A DNA stretch of 64,000 nucleotides from an uncultured Muribaculaceae bacterium (GTDB lineage Bacteria > Bacteroidota > Bacteroidia > Bacteroidales > Muribaculaceae). Within the stretch, counting starts at the first letter, position 1, and each line of letters starts with the position of its first letter. The stretch covers positions 4,011 to 68,010 of the forward strand of contig CAJTZQ010000006.1 of assembly GCA_910583795.1 (NCBI GenBank), given 5' to 3'. The position numbers and the translations under genes were made by a program. Positions 10,314 to 21,344 of the stretch are shown in pieces. The notes beneath the pieces are model-generated. The model worked only from the letters and a program-made list of their open reading frames with translations. It was not told the origin of the DNA and ran no database searches.

Positions 10314-13300
10314 TCAATCTTCTCTCCCTTTAATCCGGTTGAGATATTCAGTCGGGGTCATGCCGAATTCATCTTTAAAACACTGACGGAAATATGCCAC
10401 GCTATTCATCCCCACCTTGAAAGCTATCTCGGAGAACGTGTATTGACCGTCGAGGAGAAGATTTTCCGCCATCTACATCTTTGTCTTCCTTATGTATTCG
10501 TTCGGAGAGATACCAGTGAGTGCCTTTACTTTACGATAAAGTGTAGACGTACTCATGCACATGCTTCCGGCAATGAAATTCACATCCACATTCTCAGACG
10601 GAATATTGTCAATGATCGACTTATTCACTTTCTCAAGGAACTGACGATCCACGTCACTTAGAGATTTCAACAGGCGCTCCCGCTTAGCCTCGATTGAGTC
10701 CGCCCCTTCAGTGGCAACTGGTTCCGGACGACCGGCAAACGTTTCTGTCAGTTTCATTCGCTGCAGAAGAAGGTTGTTGATACGGCTCTGAAGAAGCGAC
10801 GAACTGAACGGTTTCGTCAGATAGCTGTCGGCACCGCTTGCATAACCCTCCTCCCTGTCAGCTTCCGATTCTTTGGCGGTGAGCAATATCACAGGGATAT
10901 GACTCGTGCGAATATCCTCTTTCAGACGACGGGTCATCTCAATCCCATCCATCACCGGCATCATTATGTCGCTCACCACAAGGCTCGGCATGATTTCAAA
11001 GGCGCATTCCAGACCCTCTTTCCCGTTTTCTGCACATCTCACGTCGTATAGATCGGTAAACGACTGACTGATATATTCTCGGATATCCTCATTGTCTTCT
11101 ACCACAAGGATCAACGGCTTACGCTCTCCTGCCGGAACCTCCCTCGCTGCATTGTTATCATTATCTGATTTCTCCGACACTTCCTCTTCAAAATGCAGTG
11201 CTTCAGGATAGGGATCGCTCACCGGGAGTGAAACAGTGAACACTGTTCCTTTCCCTTCCTCACTTGCCACAGTAATTGAGCCGTGATGGAGTGTAACCAG
11301 ATTCTTCACGAGCGCAAGCCCTATGCCCGTGCCCGCAGCCTGGTGCGGGCCCTTTTCCTGATAATATCTATCAAATATATGACATATCGCAGAATGCGAT
11401 ATGCCGACACCGGTGTCGGCGACCGTAATCTCCACATTGTCGGCTTCACGCCGACAATTTATCCTGACCGTCCCCTGGCTGGTATATTTCATAGAATTTG
11501 AAATCAAGTTGTCAAGGACAACCTGCACCACTTCCTTGTCATAAAGAATTTGCATGTCGCCCGATTCCGTTGTGACCTCAACACTCACTTCCGGATTTCT
11601 GTTAAGCTCCTTATATTTAAGAGAAACTTCATAAACCGTGGCGGCAATATTCCCTCGACGCACACACAACCGGCGGTTCTGGGTCTCGGTCTTACGAAAT
11701 TCAAGAATACCGTTGACAAGATCAAGGAGCCGCCCGGCATTTCTATGAACCATGCCAAGACTCCTCCTCTCTCTATCGGGAATAGCGTTGTCTTTTGCAA
11801 GATCTTCGAGAGGGCCTACAATCAATGTGAGCGGAGTACGCAATTCATGGGTGATATTCGTATAGAAACGAAGCCTCTCATCGTTCAATTCCTGCTCTTT
11901 TGTGTGGCGTTCCTTCTCTGCTTTAAGCTGTGCCTCGGCATTGACCCTCTTCCGATAGAAATAAAGAAGGGCACCCACCACAACAAGAGCTGCTATAACA
12001 TAAAATGTTTTAGCCCACCAGGAAAGCCAGAACGGTGGAGGAAGCGTAATTTTTAAAACCGCCGGTTCACCCCATTCCTGATTTCTCACACGGCATCTCA
12101 CTTTGAATACATACGTACCCGGCGAGAGATCGCGGAAAGTGGCTACATTTACATTGCGCGGCATAACCCACCTGTCGACCACCCCCTCAAGCATATACTC
12201 ATATTCCACTTCTCCGGCAAGAGCAAAGTTGCGGGAAGAAAACAAGACATCAAAACTATTCTGTCCGGCATTCAGACGAATCTCACTTTTTCCCGTGACT
12301 TGAATATCAACGTCACCGTCAACACCCTCAGCTGAATTACTCAACAGCAGAAGCTCCACAATCATTGGGATAGGGGTGGCAACCTTTTCAAGCACTTTTG
12401 ACGGATTGAACACACAGAGTCCGCTTATCGCTCCGAAATAAATATTACCTTGTCGGTCAGTAGCCACGCTTCTTCCCAAAAAATTACCGATAGGCACATT
12501 GTCTCGATGAGTGTAATTATAGACCTCTCCGTTTCGCAGACAACTTATACCTCCGTTTGTGGAAATCCAAATACACCCGCTGCGGTCTTGGGCAATAGCG
12601 AGAATATGACTGTTGCCGAGACCTGACGTACGATTTATAATATTTATTTTGTCAGGAGCACCCATAATGTCGTCAAAACAAAGCAAACCCTCTCCTGTGG
12701 CAACGAGTATACGGTTGTCTCGCGTACGAAAAATATGATTGACAGTGTTAGACGGGATTCCGGAATTGACATCATATCGTCTTATCTCTTTAAAATTTTT
12801 GTCTGTCACGATCAATCCGGCACCGAAAGTGCCGATAAGGAACGTGTCGTCAGAAAGAGTGAACACCGACCTCACCAAATTATTGCCGACATCAAAGGGT
12901 CCTTCCATCGACTTGGTCGCGGGATCATAGCGCCACACACCGATTGATGAGCCGAAAAGGATTTTTCCATAATTATCAGACGTGATATCACGCACATCCA
13001 CACCTCCAGATGCCGGGAAAACTGTCTCAAATTTCCCTGAAACATTATCATATCTGCAAGCCCCTTCATTAAAAAATCCAAACCACAACGTTCCCCCCGC
13101 ATCCTTATATGATGCCTGAACAATAAAACCTGGCAGACTCCCTTTCTCTTTACTGAAACTATCCACCAGCCGGTCACAGTCATACATCTCCAGAAGTCCG
13201 CTGTCTTTTCCTACCCAAAGACAGTTGTTATTGTCAACCATTACTGTAAGGACGCTATTGGCAGAGAGTACCTCCCCCTTTGCGGAAGCAATTCTTGCCG

Positions 13301-14381
13301 GATGAAGCCGAAATGCAGGCAAATTAGGGCTTATAACATTGACGCCTCCTCCCCAGCTTCCTGCCCACACATTGGAATAATCGTCTTCATACAGGCATCT
13401 CACGGAAGGGCTGGAAAGGCTGTTCATTCCGAAACCGGATCTTATCACTTTGCATTCCATTTCTTCGGGATGCGAAAACATGGAGTCGGAAAGTTCCATG
13501 ACCGCGATTCCTCCCCTTTCCATTGCCACCCAAAGGAGATTATTGGAAAACTGTCTTATAGCTCCCACAGAATGTCGCAACTCGGGATAATAATCCGCAA
13601 AATTTGTGAATGTATTCCCGTCTTGGTTATACAACACAGGGCCTCTGTATGTACCAAGCCATACATTGTTAAGGGAATCTTTGTAGACGCAGTTGAGATG
13701 AGACGAAGGCAATCCTCCGGCAACTCCCGGATTAGCCTCGAAATGACGCGCTGTTTTCTTCTCCACATCTATTATGGAGAAACCTGCATATTCATGGGCA
13801 ACATATAAAAATCCGTCATCCCCGTCAAAAATGCTCCACACCGCCACATCAGGAAGCCCCTTGACGGTCTTGCTGTCGTAATGCTCGAATTTTCCCGTAT
13901 CCGGATTGAAATGATCGATACCGCTTGAATAAGTGGCAACCCATATTCCTCCGTCTGATGCGGGGGTCACGGCAGTGACATCATCAGTGGCAAGAGATGC
14001 CGGATCATCATGAGAATGCCGATAAGAAAGAAACTCCCCCTTTTCATAATCATATCCGTCAAGACCTGCCCTTTGAGTGGCTATCCAGACAATAGGACGA
14101 CGGGGATCATCTATGATTCCGTTAAGTTCGTTGCCTGTGACCGACGATGACTTCGCTATCTCATCCTTAAAATATGTCTTGAAATTATGTCCGTCAAACC
14201 GATTGAGTCCTTCATCGGTGGCGATCCAGATAAATCCTTGCTTATCTTGAGTGATCCCCACGACATGGTTATTGCTCAATCCGCTCTCCACACCAAGATA
14301 ATTGACGGAGAATTCATCGCGGACAGCAGCAGCTGAAACCGAAGTGAGAAATATTAATAGAAAAATGAAAACGTGTTTCAT
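10314..14381 (-). pseudogene. Hybrid two-component system (beta-propeller sensor, YYY, HisKA, HATPase, REC, AraC HTH) with in-frame TAG at 10473-10475
   Basis: Likely start MKHVFIF at 14381; THELRTPLT, GTGIGL, SDIMMP motifs; frame continues 52 codons past the TAG as the second AraC HTH to TGA at 10314-10316. Confidence 0.88.
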
Positions 14382-14502
14382 GGTGTTATGTGATTTTGGT
14401 GTCATAGCGGCGCGACAATCATGCCGCCACGGTTTGTTTTTCGCTTCAAAGATAGAGGTTTTTTCTTTGACATAGAACAGTATTTCAATCATCTGAGGCA
14501 GG

Positions 14503-14570
14503 TTGCATGATTTCCATACCTATCTTGCATGATTTTTCAGCCGCCTCTTCACAACGTTGATATAAATTTG
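14503..14570 (+). promoter_or_regulatory. PUL promoter: TTGCATGATTT direct repeat (22-bp period) and -7 element TAAATTTG
   Basis: Exact 11-mers at 14503-14513 and 14525-14535; TAAATTTG at 14563-14570. Confidence 0.65.
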
Positions 14571-14669
14571 CACCCGAAATCCGATTTCTATACACTTTCC
14601 ATGATTTTCCAGATTTCACCCATTCAAAGAATTTATCAACATAATATATTAATCAAATCTTAAAATCGC

Positions 14670-16286
14670 ATGAAACTGTTTTCAAAATGTCTCACTGCGG
14701 GTATGTGTCTCTCCGCCCTTGTGGCGATCCCCGCATGTAGCAGCGACGATTGGAAAGATGTTGACGGGGCAACCCCTCAGCTAACACTCTCTTCAGCACA
14801 TGAGATGACAGAAGCCGGGCGGAATATCAAGATCGCCGGGCAAGTTGCCGACAACGACGGCATTTCCACAATTGACCTTGTCTGCAAGGCTCTCAACCTC
14901 AACAAACGAATCAATCTTATCGAAATCTATGGAGAGCCCCAGAAGACTTACGATCTCGATTACTCTTTTAAAATTCAAGAAAACGAGACCGGCGACGATT
15001 TTATCATTGATGTGGTCATCACAGACATCGGCGGCCGGCAGGAGACACAGCAGGTGAAAGTGACTATGGACGGAGACTTCACAGCCCCGGTATTCACCGC
15101 TGCCCCCGACAAAGAAGTGACCGTGATCCTGAAGCCACAGACTTCCTTAAACCTGCAATTTGCAGTGCAAGACAACCGTGTGGTTGATTATGTGACTATC
15201 GACATCCAAGACATCACCGCAGGCGAAGATCTCCCGGAACAACTCGCCGGGTTCCCGCGCACTGTCCAAGGCAACGGCTCGGCAACTTTCAATTTCTCGG
15301 AGAAAATAGAACTCCCGAGTGAAGAAGCCACCTTGATCGCCACCATCACAGCCTACGACAAAGCTGCAAACGAAGATGCCCACTCCACTTCCATCACATC
15401 AAAGATCTCTGTCGGGGCACTTCCTGATTTCGAAAAACTTTATCTATGCGACGTGGCTACTGCCGCCGAACTTAACAGCGACGTATTCGGTGTGCCCATG
15501 CTCATAGACCACGTAGGGAAATACAAATATCGCGCCCGCTACTACAATGAGAAAGCAGGCACTGAGATCTGTTTCCTCGCCCAGAAAACCGACTTCGGTC
15601 CTGTTTGCTTCGGTCCTGACAATGCAGATCCGACCACTCTTGGCGACGATCCTAACGAAGTAGGCAGAATCAGACTTAACCAGGCAGGCGTGTATTATTT
15701 GATTGATATAGATACCTACAACCGTACATACACAATGTCGACCTACTCGGTGGCACAGGCAATAGACCCTGTGATGCACATGCATTACGGACAAAACGAC
15801 CTCAACACTTGGTGGGGAGGATGGGACAACGACGACATATGGTGGCAGGAATTCTATTTCGGACCTGCATCCGGTCCTGACAACGTGACACGCATGGTTC
15901 AAGACTCCAAGAACCCACATATCTATGTAGTGGAAGACTGGAAACTCGAAGGTGGTGAAGAAATGAATTTCATACTCCATAACTGGCACAGCAACGGATG
16001 GTGGAACTTCGTGACATGGCGCGTGGATAATGCTTCTGATCCTGACAAGTTCATGTATTACGGAAACCTTCACCCCGACAACTCCCATTATCAAGGCAAC
16101 GCCGATTATTTCGAGTTTAAATATGGAGACAACCCTGATTTCGATATCAACAGCTGGGGTGATGAAAGCTATCGCAAAAACTTCGTGCCTGACAACTGGG
16201 TGAAACCTACGGTGACCACAACAGGAACTTATAAGTTCATTTTCGACGCTCACCTTGAGCGTGCACGTCTTGTGCCTCAGAACTGA
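14670..16286 (+). CDS. PUL surface lipoprotein (surface glycan-binding / SusE-like)
   Basis: Lipoprotein signal (IPAC-SSDD), Ig-like N-terminal part, Trp-rich C-terminus, upstream of susC. Confidence 0.75.
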   Translation: MKLFSKCLTAGMCLSALVAIPACSSDDWKDVDGATPQLTLSSAHEMTEAGRNIKIAGQVADNDGISTIDLVCKALNLNKRINLIEIYGEPQKTYDLDYSFKIQENETGDDFIIDVVITDIGGRQETQQVKVTMDGDFTAPVFTAAPDKEVTVILKPQTSLNLQFAVQDNRVVDYVTIDIQDITAGEDLPEQLAGFPRTVQGNGSATFNFSEKIELPSEEATLIATITAYDKAANEDAHSTSITSKISVGALPDFEKLYLCDVATAAELNSDVFGVPMLIDHVGKYKYRARYYNEKAGTEICFLAQKTDFGPVCFGPDNADPTTLGDDPNEVGRIRLNQAGVYYLIDIDTYNRTYTMSTYSVAQAIDPVMHMHYGQNDLNTWWGGWDNDDIWWQEFYFGPASGPDNVTRMVQDSKNPHIYVVEDWKLEGGEEMNFILHNWHSNGWWNFVTWRVDNASDPDKFMYYGNLHPDNSHYQGNADYFEFKYGDNPDFDINSWGDESYRKNFVPDNWVKPTVTTTGTYKFIFDAHLERARLVPQN

Positions 16287-16392
16287 TCCAATATTCTTTG
16301 GAAATAAGGATTTCCCTATAATGCCGGGAAATACACTCTCCAATTTCCCGGCCTCATCTTTTAGACAATTTCCACATTTCGATTTTCATATC

Positions 16393-19300
16393 ATGAAAAA
16401 GTATATTCTTACTTTATGCCTCGCGCTCATTTCCATATCGGTGATGGCGCAGAACATAACCGTCCATGGAACAGTGACTTCCAAAACAGACGGGGAGCCC
16501 CTGATCGATGCCACAGTGCGCGTGCAGGGCACAAACCAAGGAACCGCCACCGATATTGACGGTAATTATTCACTCAACAATGTTGCATCAAACGCCACCC
16601 TTATATTCAATTATGTAGGATATCAGGAGATATCCATCCCCGTAAAAGGACAGACCACTATCGACGCCGCTCTCGAAGAGACAACTTCTTCTCTTGACGA
16701 ACTCGTGGTTGTGGGCTACGGTGTGGCTAAAAAGAGCGACCTCACCAGCTCAATATCCACTATAAAGGGTGGGGAGATCAACGAGATGGTGGCTGGTAAC
16801 GCAATGGACGCTCTGCAGGGACGTGTGCCTGGCGTACAGGTGGCATCCGGCGGTGGTCCGGGCACCACTCCCAAGGTCATGATCCGTGGTGTTACATCTG
16901 TCAACGGATCGACACCGCTTTATGTGGTCGACGGTGTGCCCCTCAACACTTCCAACATCAACTTCATCAACAACAACGATATTGAAAGCATGGAGGTGCT
17001 TAAAGATGCTTCCGCTTCTGCCATCTATGGTACAAGAGCATCAAACGGCGTTGTAATAATCACAACCAAGAAAGGTAAAGCAGGCAAGACTCATGTCGAT
17101 TTCTCCGCCTCTGTCGGTTGGCAGCATATCGACAAGCCGAGCATTGCCGGAGCAAACGAATATGAGAAGGTCTTTAACGCACGCTATGCCAACGACGGCA
17201 GAGTCGCTCCCTGGAACTCACCTTATGTTGATTATGCCGACGTAGACGGCACTGACTGGTGGGACGAAGTGGTCAACAACACTGCACTTATTCAGAACTA
17301 TTCTCTAAGCGTTCGCGGCGGTAACGACAAATACGTCTACAGTCTGTCTGTAGGTTATTTCAAAAACAACTCTCAGTTCGACTATGGCTATTGGGACAAA
17401 CTCAACGTGCGTCTCAACACGGAATATAACTTCACCGATTGGCTGAAGGCAGGTCTTGACATTGCTCCGAATATGGAAAAATGGGAAAATTCTCCCGAAC
17501 TCTTCTCGGCAGCGATGGCTATGGACCCGACTACCCCGGTGTTCCGTCCGGAAGACCAATGGGATCCTTCCAATCCGATGAACAACTACCAGCGTTCATA
17601 CAACAACCAGGAATGGAACCCTGCAGGTTCGCTTGCCCGTATGGACAACAAGACCACCAAGATGCAGGTGCTCATGAACCCCTATATCCAGGTGCAACCT
17701 ATCAGCCAGCTCACTCTCCGCACTCAGTTCGGCGTGAATGCATGGTATCAGCGTAATGACTTCTACAACTATGCCTTCCATATCGACGCCCTCGAGCAAA
17801 ACACAAAGAACAGTGCCGGCAGAAATTATTCCGACGCCCTCAACTGGACATGGAACAACACTGTCACTTATATGGATACTTTCGCAGACAAGCATAACCT
17901 CACTGCAATGGTGGGCTTCACTGCTGAACGTTACGCCGACTGGTGGGCAAACGCATCCCGTCAGGATATCCCCGGATCAAGCGATCTTCTCCATGAGGTG
18001 AGCGCCGGAACCGGCGACCAGTTCGCATCAGGCAGCGCAACTTATCAGACTCTCGCATCCGTGCTCGGACGTGTGATGTATAACTTCGACAGCCGTTATT
18101 ACCTCACAGCATCTGTCCGCTACGACGGCAGCTCAAAATTTGCGAAAGGCAACAAATGGGCGGCATTCCCATCGGTTTCCGCTGCATGGCGTCTCTCTGA
18201 GGAAAAATTCATGGAAGACACAAGAAGCTGGCTCGACAATGCCAAGATCCGTCTCGGATGGGGTAAAGTCGGCAACCAGGCAATCAACCCGGGTCTTTTC
18301 ATCTCAACTCTTGACAATGGCGTGAACTATGTGTTCGGTACCACCCCCTCACGCTATCCTTCCACTATCGTGGGTCAGATGGGCAGCCCCAACCTTAAAT
18401 GGGAAACCGTTGAAGATATCGATTTCGGTGTTGACCTTTCTTTCCTTTCCAACAGACTTGACGTGACATTCGATCTTTATCAGAAGACAAGCCACGACAT
18501 GCTTTATGCCCGCCAGACACTCCTCATCACTGGTAACCCTGCATGGATGGGCGCAGTGACTCAGAATATCGGTAAGATGCGCGCACGCGGCTGGGAGCTT
18601 TCTCTCAACTGGCGCGACAAAGTGGGAGAGGTTGGCTATGACCTCGGTCTGCAGCTCTCAGGCGTCCGCAACAAGGCTATCAAATTCTCAGGCGACGGAC
18701 CCGTATGGACCGGCAGCGGTCTTCCTGAAAGCATAATCCGCAATGAAGACGGAGGTCTTATCTCAAGATTCTACGGATATCAGGCAGACGGTCTTTTCCA
18801 GAACTGGGAAGAAGTCTATGCCCACACTGACGAACACGGCACGCTCATCCAGCCTGACGCACAACCGGGCGACATCCGTTTCCTCGACCTCAACCACGAC
18901 GGTCAGCTCAACGAAAACGATAAGAAATATATCGGCAACCCCTATCCGGATCTTATGATGGGCTTCAACATCGGGCTCAACTATAAAGGATGGGATTTCC
19001 TCGCCAACTTCTACGGCACTTTCGGCAACGATATCTTCAATCTCCAGAAAGGGCGTTATTCAGGCGCAAGCGGTCAGAACGTGTATGCCGGCACTCTCGC
19101 GAAAGCATGGAACGGAGAAGGAACAAGCAACGACATTCCCAGACTGTCTTACAACGACCTCAACCAGAACTACACCCGCGTGTCAAGCTTCTTTGTTGAA
19201 GACGGCAGCTATTTCCGCTGCAAGCTCCTTACTCTCGGATATACCTTCCCTGAGAAATGGCTCGGTGATTTCAATCTCCGTCTTTACTTCTCCGCCCAGA

Positions 19301-19440
19301 ATCTCTTTACATTCACAAAATACTCCGGAATGGACCCTGAACGTCCGTTCTACGACGGCAGTGTGATCGAGACAGGTATCGACAAGGCGAAATATCCCAC
19401 TCCAAAGACATTCCTCTTCGGCGTTGACTTCAAATTTTAA
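16393..19440 (+). CDS. susC: SusC/RagA-family TonB-dependent transporter
   Basis: Start MKKYILTL; LDELVVVGYG, VLKDASASAIYGTRASNGVVIITTK, C-terminal F. Confidence 0.97.
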   Translation: MKKYILTLCLALISISVMAQNITVHGTVTSKTDGEPLIDATVRVQGTNQGTATDIDGNYSLNNVASNATLIFNYVGYQEISIPVKGQTTIDAALEETTSSLDELVVVGYGVAKKSDLTSSISTIKGGEINEMVAGNAMDALQGRVPGVQVASGGGPGTTPKVMIRGVTSVNGSTPLYVVDGVPLNTSNINFINNNDIESMEVLKDASASAIYGTRASNGVVIITTKKGKAGKTHVDFSASVGWQHIDKPSIAGANEYEKVFNARYANDGRVAPWNSPYVDYADVDGTDWWDEVVNNTALIQNYSLSVRGGNDKYVYSLSVGYFKNNSQFDYGYWDKLNVRLNTEYNFTDWLKAGLDIAPNMEKWENSPELFSAAMAMDPTTPVFRPEDQWDPSNPMNNYQRSYNNQEWNPAGSLARMDNKTTKMQVLMNPYIQVQPISQLTLRTQFGVNAWYQRNDFYNYAFHIDALEQNTKNSAGRNYSDALNWTWNNTVTYMDTFADKHNLTAMVGFTAERYADWWANASRQDIPGSSDLLHEVSAGTGDQFASGSATYQTLASVLGRVMYNFDSRYYLTASVRYDGSSKFAKGNKWAAFPSVSAAWRLSEEKFMEDTRSWLDNAKIRLGWGKVGNQAINPGLFISTLDNGVNYVFGTTPSRYPSTIVGQMGSPNLKWETVEDIDFGVDLSFLSNRLDVTFDLYQKTSHDMLYARQTLLITGNPAWMGAVTQNIGKMRARGWELSLNWRDKVGEVGYDLGLQLSGVRNKAIKFSGDGPVWTGSGLPESIIRNEDGGLISRFYGYQADGLFQNWEEVYAHTDEHGTLIQPDAQPGDIRFLDLNHDGQLNENDKKYIGNPYPDLMMGFNIGLNYKGWDFLANFYGTFGNDIFNLQKGRYSGASGQNVYAGTLAKAWNGEGTSNDIPRLSYNDLNQNYTRVSSFFVEDGSYFRCKLLTLGYTFPEKWLGDFNLRLYFSAQNLFTFTKYSGMDPERPFYDGSVIETGIDKAKYPTPKTFLFGVDFKF

Positions 19441-19489
19441 TTAACAATCACATAAATTGGTAATTAAAGAATCTAAATAGAAAATAAAA

Positions 19490-21166
19490 ATGAAAAAAAT
19501 AATATATTCTCTCGCAGTTATCGCCGGGATGTCTTCACTCTCTTCTTGCAACGACTTCCTGACTGAAGACATTCGCGGCACCGAGAACCTCGACACTTAT
19601 TTCCAGAGCCAGGAAGAGGTTGACTCTTACGTGGGCGGATGCTATTTCCAGATCGCCAAAGGTGGCGGCTGGTGGCAGGTCTACAACACATGGCTCATGA
19701 GCGATATGACCACCGACGACCTCTGGGACGGCAACACAACCCAGGATGACGGTTATCAGGACATAACCCACTTTATGCCCAACGGACAGAACAGCGGTAT
19801 CCTCCAGAATTTCTGGGGCGCACGCTATCAAGGCATAGCCTCCTGTAATCTTGGCATGGAGCGCATACCGACAGCTACTATGGACGAATCTCTGCGCGCC
19901 ACACGACTTGCTGAAGTGCAGTTCCTCCGTGCCTTCTTCTATTTTGATCTCGTACGCAATTTCGGCGGAGTGCCCATGGTGCTTGAATATGCCAAATCTG
20001 TCGACGGAATCGAGCGTTCCACAGAAGCTGAATGCTATGCATGGATAGAATCTGAGCTAAAAGCAGCTGCAGCCGTACTTCCACAGCGCAGTCAGTATGC
20101 GGCAGCCGATATGGGACGCGCCACAAGAGGTGCAGCTCTCGGTATCCTCGGTAAAGCCCAGCTTTATCAAGGAAAATGGGAAGAAGCTAAGGCAACTTTA
20201 AAAACCATCATCGACGAGGGTGAGTATGAACTCCTTCCCAACTTCGGCGACGTGTGGAGCGTGAAACACAACAATAGCAAGGAATCTCTCTTCGAGGTTC
20301 AGCAGATGTATAACGGTGACCAGTATGCCACCGGCGGTTCACTCACCGTTGTGACGGGATGCCGCAACGGCGTGGGCGACGGATGGAGCTGGGGACAGCC
20401 AACTTCCGACCTTGAAAACGCTTTCATCGCCGCAGGCGACACCGAGCGTCTACGCTGGACCATTATCAAGACTGCCTGCACTGAAATAGCCGGCGAGAAC
20501 GATTTCGAACGTTTTGTGGAAAATAACAAATCCTTTTTGAAAATCACCGACCAGAAATTTATCGGATATAAGGAAGATTTCGGCTGGACAGATGAAACCT
20601 ACAACAATACCTATATCATCGACCCGGCACAGCACAAATCTGCACGTATCATCCGTAAATATTTCGTGCCTCTCGAAGACCGTCCTGAAATCTACAACAC
20701 CGACAAGATTCCTTTGAACCACCGTGTGCTCCGCTACGCCGACGTGCTTCTTATGTATGCCGAGGCTTGTGCGGAAACTGGCGACAACACTAATGCCCAA
20801 TGGGCGCTCAATCAGGTGCGCAACCGTGTAGGCCTCGCCGATGTCACCTCAACCGGCACAGCACTCCGTGACGCTATCCGTGCTGAACGCCGTCTTGAAC
20901 TTGCCCATGAACAATGCCGTCTCTATGACCTCCGTCGCTGGGATTGCGAAAACGGCAAGAAAATGATGTGCAACGTATTCGGTCCCAACGGTTCTTTCGT
21001 GAAATACAACACCGGTGACGATGCCGACATGTATGAGGCATGGAACCAGGGAGAGCCCAGCAACAAAGGATACCGTTTCCAGGAAAACAGAGACCTCCTC
21101 TATCCGATTCCTCTCTATGAAATCCAGCACTCAAACGGAACTATCAAGCAAAATCCCGGTTGGTAA
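19490..21166 (+). CDS. susD: SusD/RagB-family lipoprotein
   Basis: LSSC lipobox, FLRAFFYFDLV, RYADVLLMYAEA, ERRLELA, QNPGW. Confidence 0.96.
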   Translation: MKKIIYSLAVIAGMSSLSSCNDFLTEDIRGTENLDTYFQSQEEVDSYVGGCYFQIAKGGGWWQVYNTWLMSDMTTDDLWDGNTTQDDGYQDITHFMPNGQNSGILQNFWGARYQGIASCNLGMERIPTATMDESLRATRLAEVQFLRAFFYFDLVRNFGGVPMVLEYAKSVDGIERSTEAECYAWIESELKAAAAVLPQRSQYAAADMGRATRGAALGILGKAQLYQGKWEEAKATLKTIIDEGEYELLPNFGDVWSVKHNNSKESLFEVQQMYNGDQYATGGSLTVVTGCRNGVGDGWSWGQPTSDLENAFIAAGDTERLRWTIIKTACTEIAGENDFERFVENNKSFLKITDQKFIGYKEDFGWTDETYNNTYIIDPAQHKSARIIRKYFVPLEDRPEIYNTDKIPLNHRVLRYADVLLMYAEACAETGDNTNAQWALNQVRNRVGLADVTSTGTALRDAIRAERRLELAHEQCRLYDLRRWDCENGKKMMCNVFGPNGSFVKYNTGDDADMYEAWNQGEPSNKGYRFQENRDLLYPIPLYEIQHSNGTIKQNPGW

Positions 21167-21244
21167 TAATCTGTTTATATAACTTCAATTTTGAAAAAAA
21201 CTTAACAAACATAATCTTAAGGTAAAATTGCAGTTAAATTAACC

Positions 21245-21284
21245 GGGGGCATGCCGACGACAGCGCCGACATGCCCCCTTTCTT
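21245..21284 (+). terminator. Hairpin/terminator between susD and GH30
   Basis: GGGGGCATG/CATGCCCCC stem followed by TTTCTT. Confidence 0.65.
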
Positions 21285-21344
21285 CAACGTCTGTGAATAC
21301 ACAATCTGCATAGGATCAAAACTCATAGAAACTCATAGAAACTC

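Noticed and set aside
10473..10475. Genome-wide TAG recoding or pyrrolysine readthrough
   Set aside because: TAG ends apparently complete genes elsewhere (6268, 8738, 43939) and no other gene in the window is visibly interrupted by TAG
15444..16343. 299-aa antisense ORF and the many other short overlapping ORFs in the track
   Set aside because: They are shadows of well-supported genes on the opposite strand or in another frame
16255..16392. N-terminal extensions given by the ORF track (susC, HTCS, giant TPR protein, caspases)
   Set aside because: Downstream ATGs give proper signal peptides or avoid long overlaps with neighbouring genes
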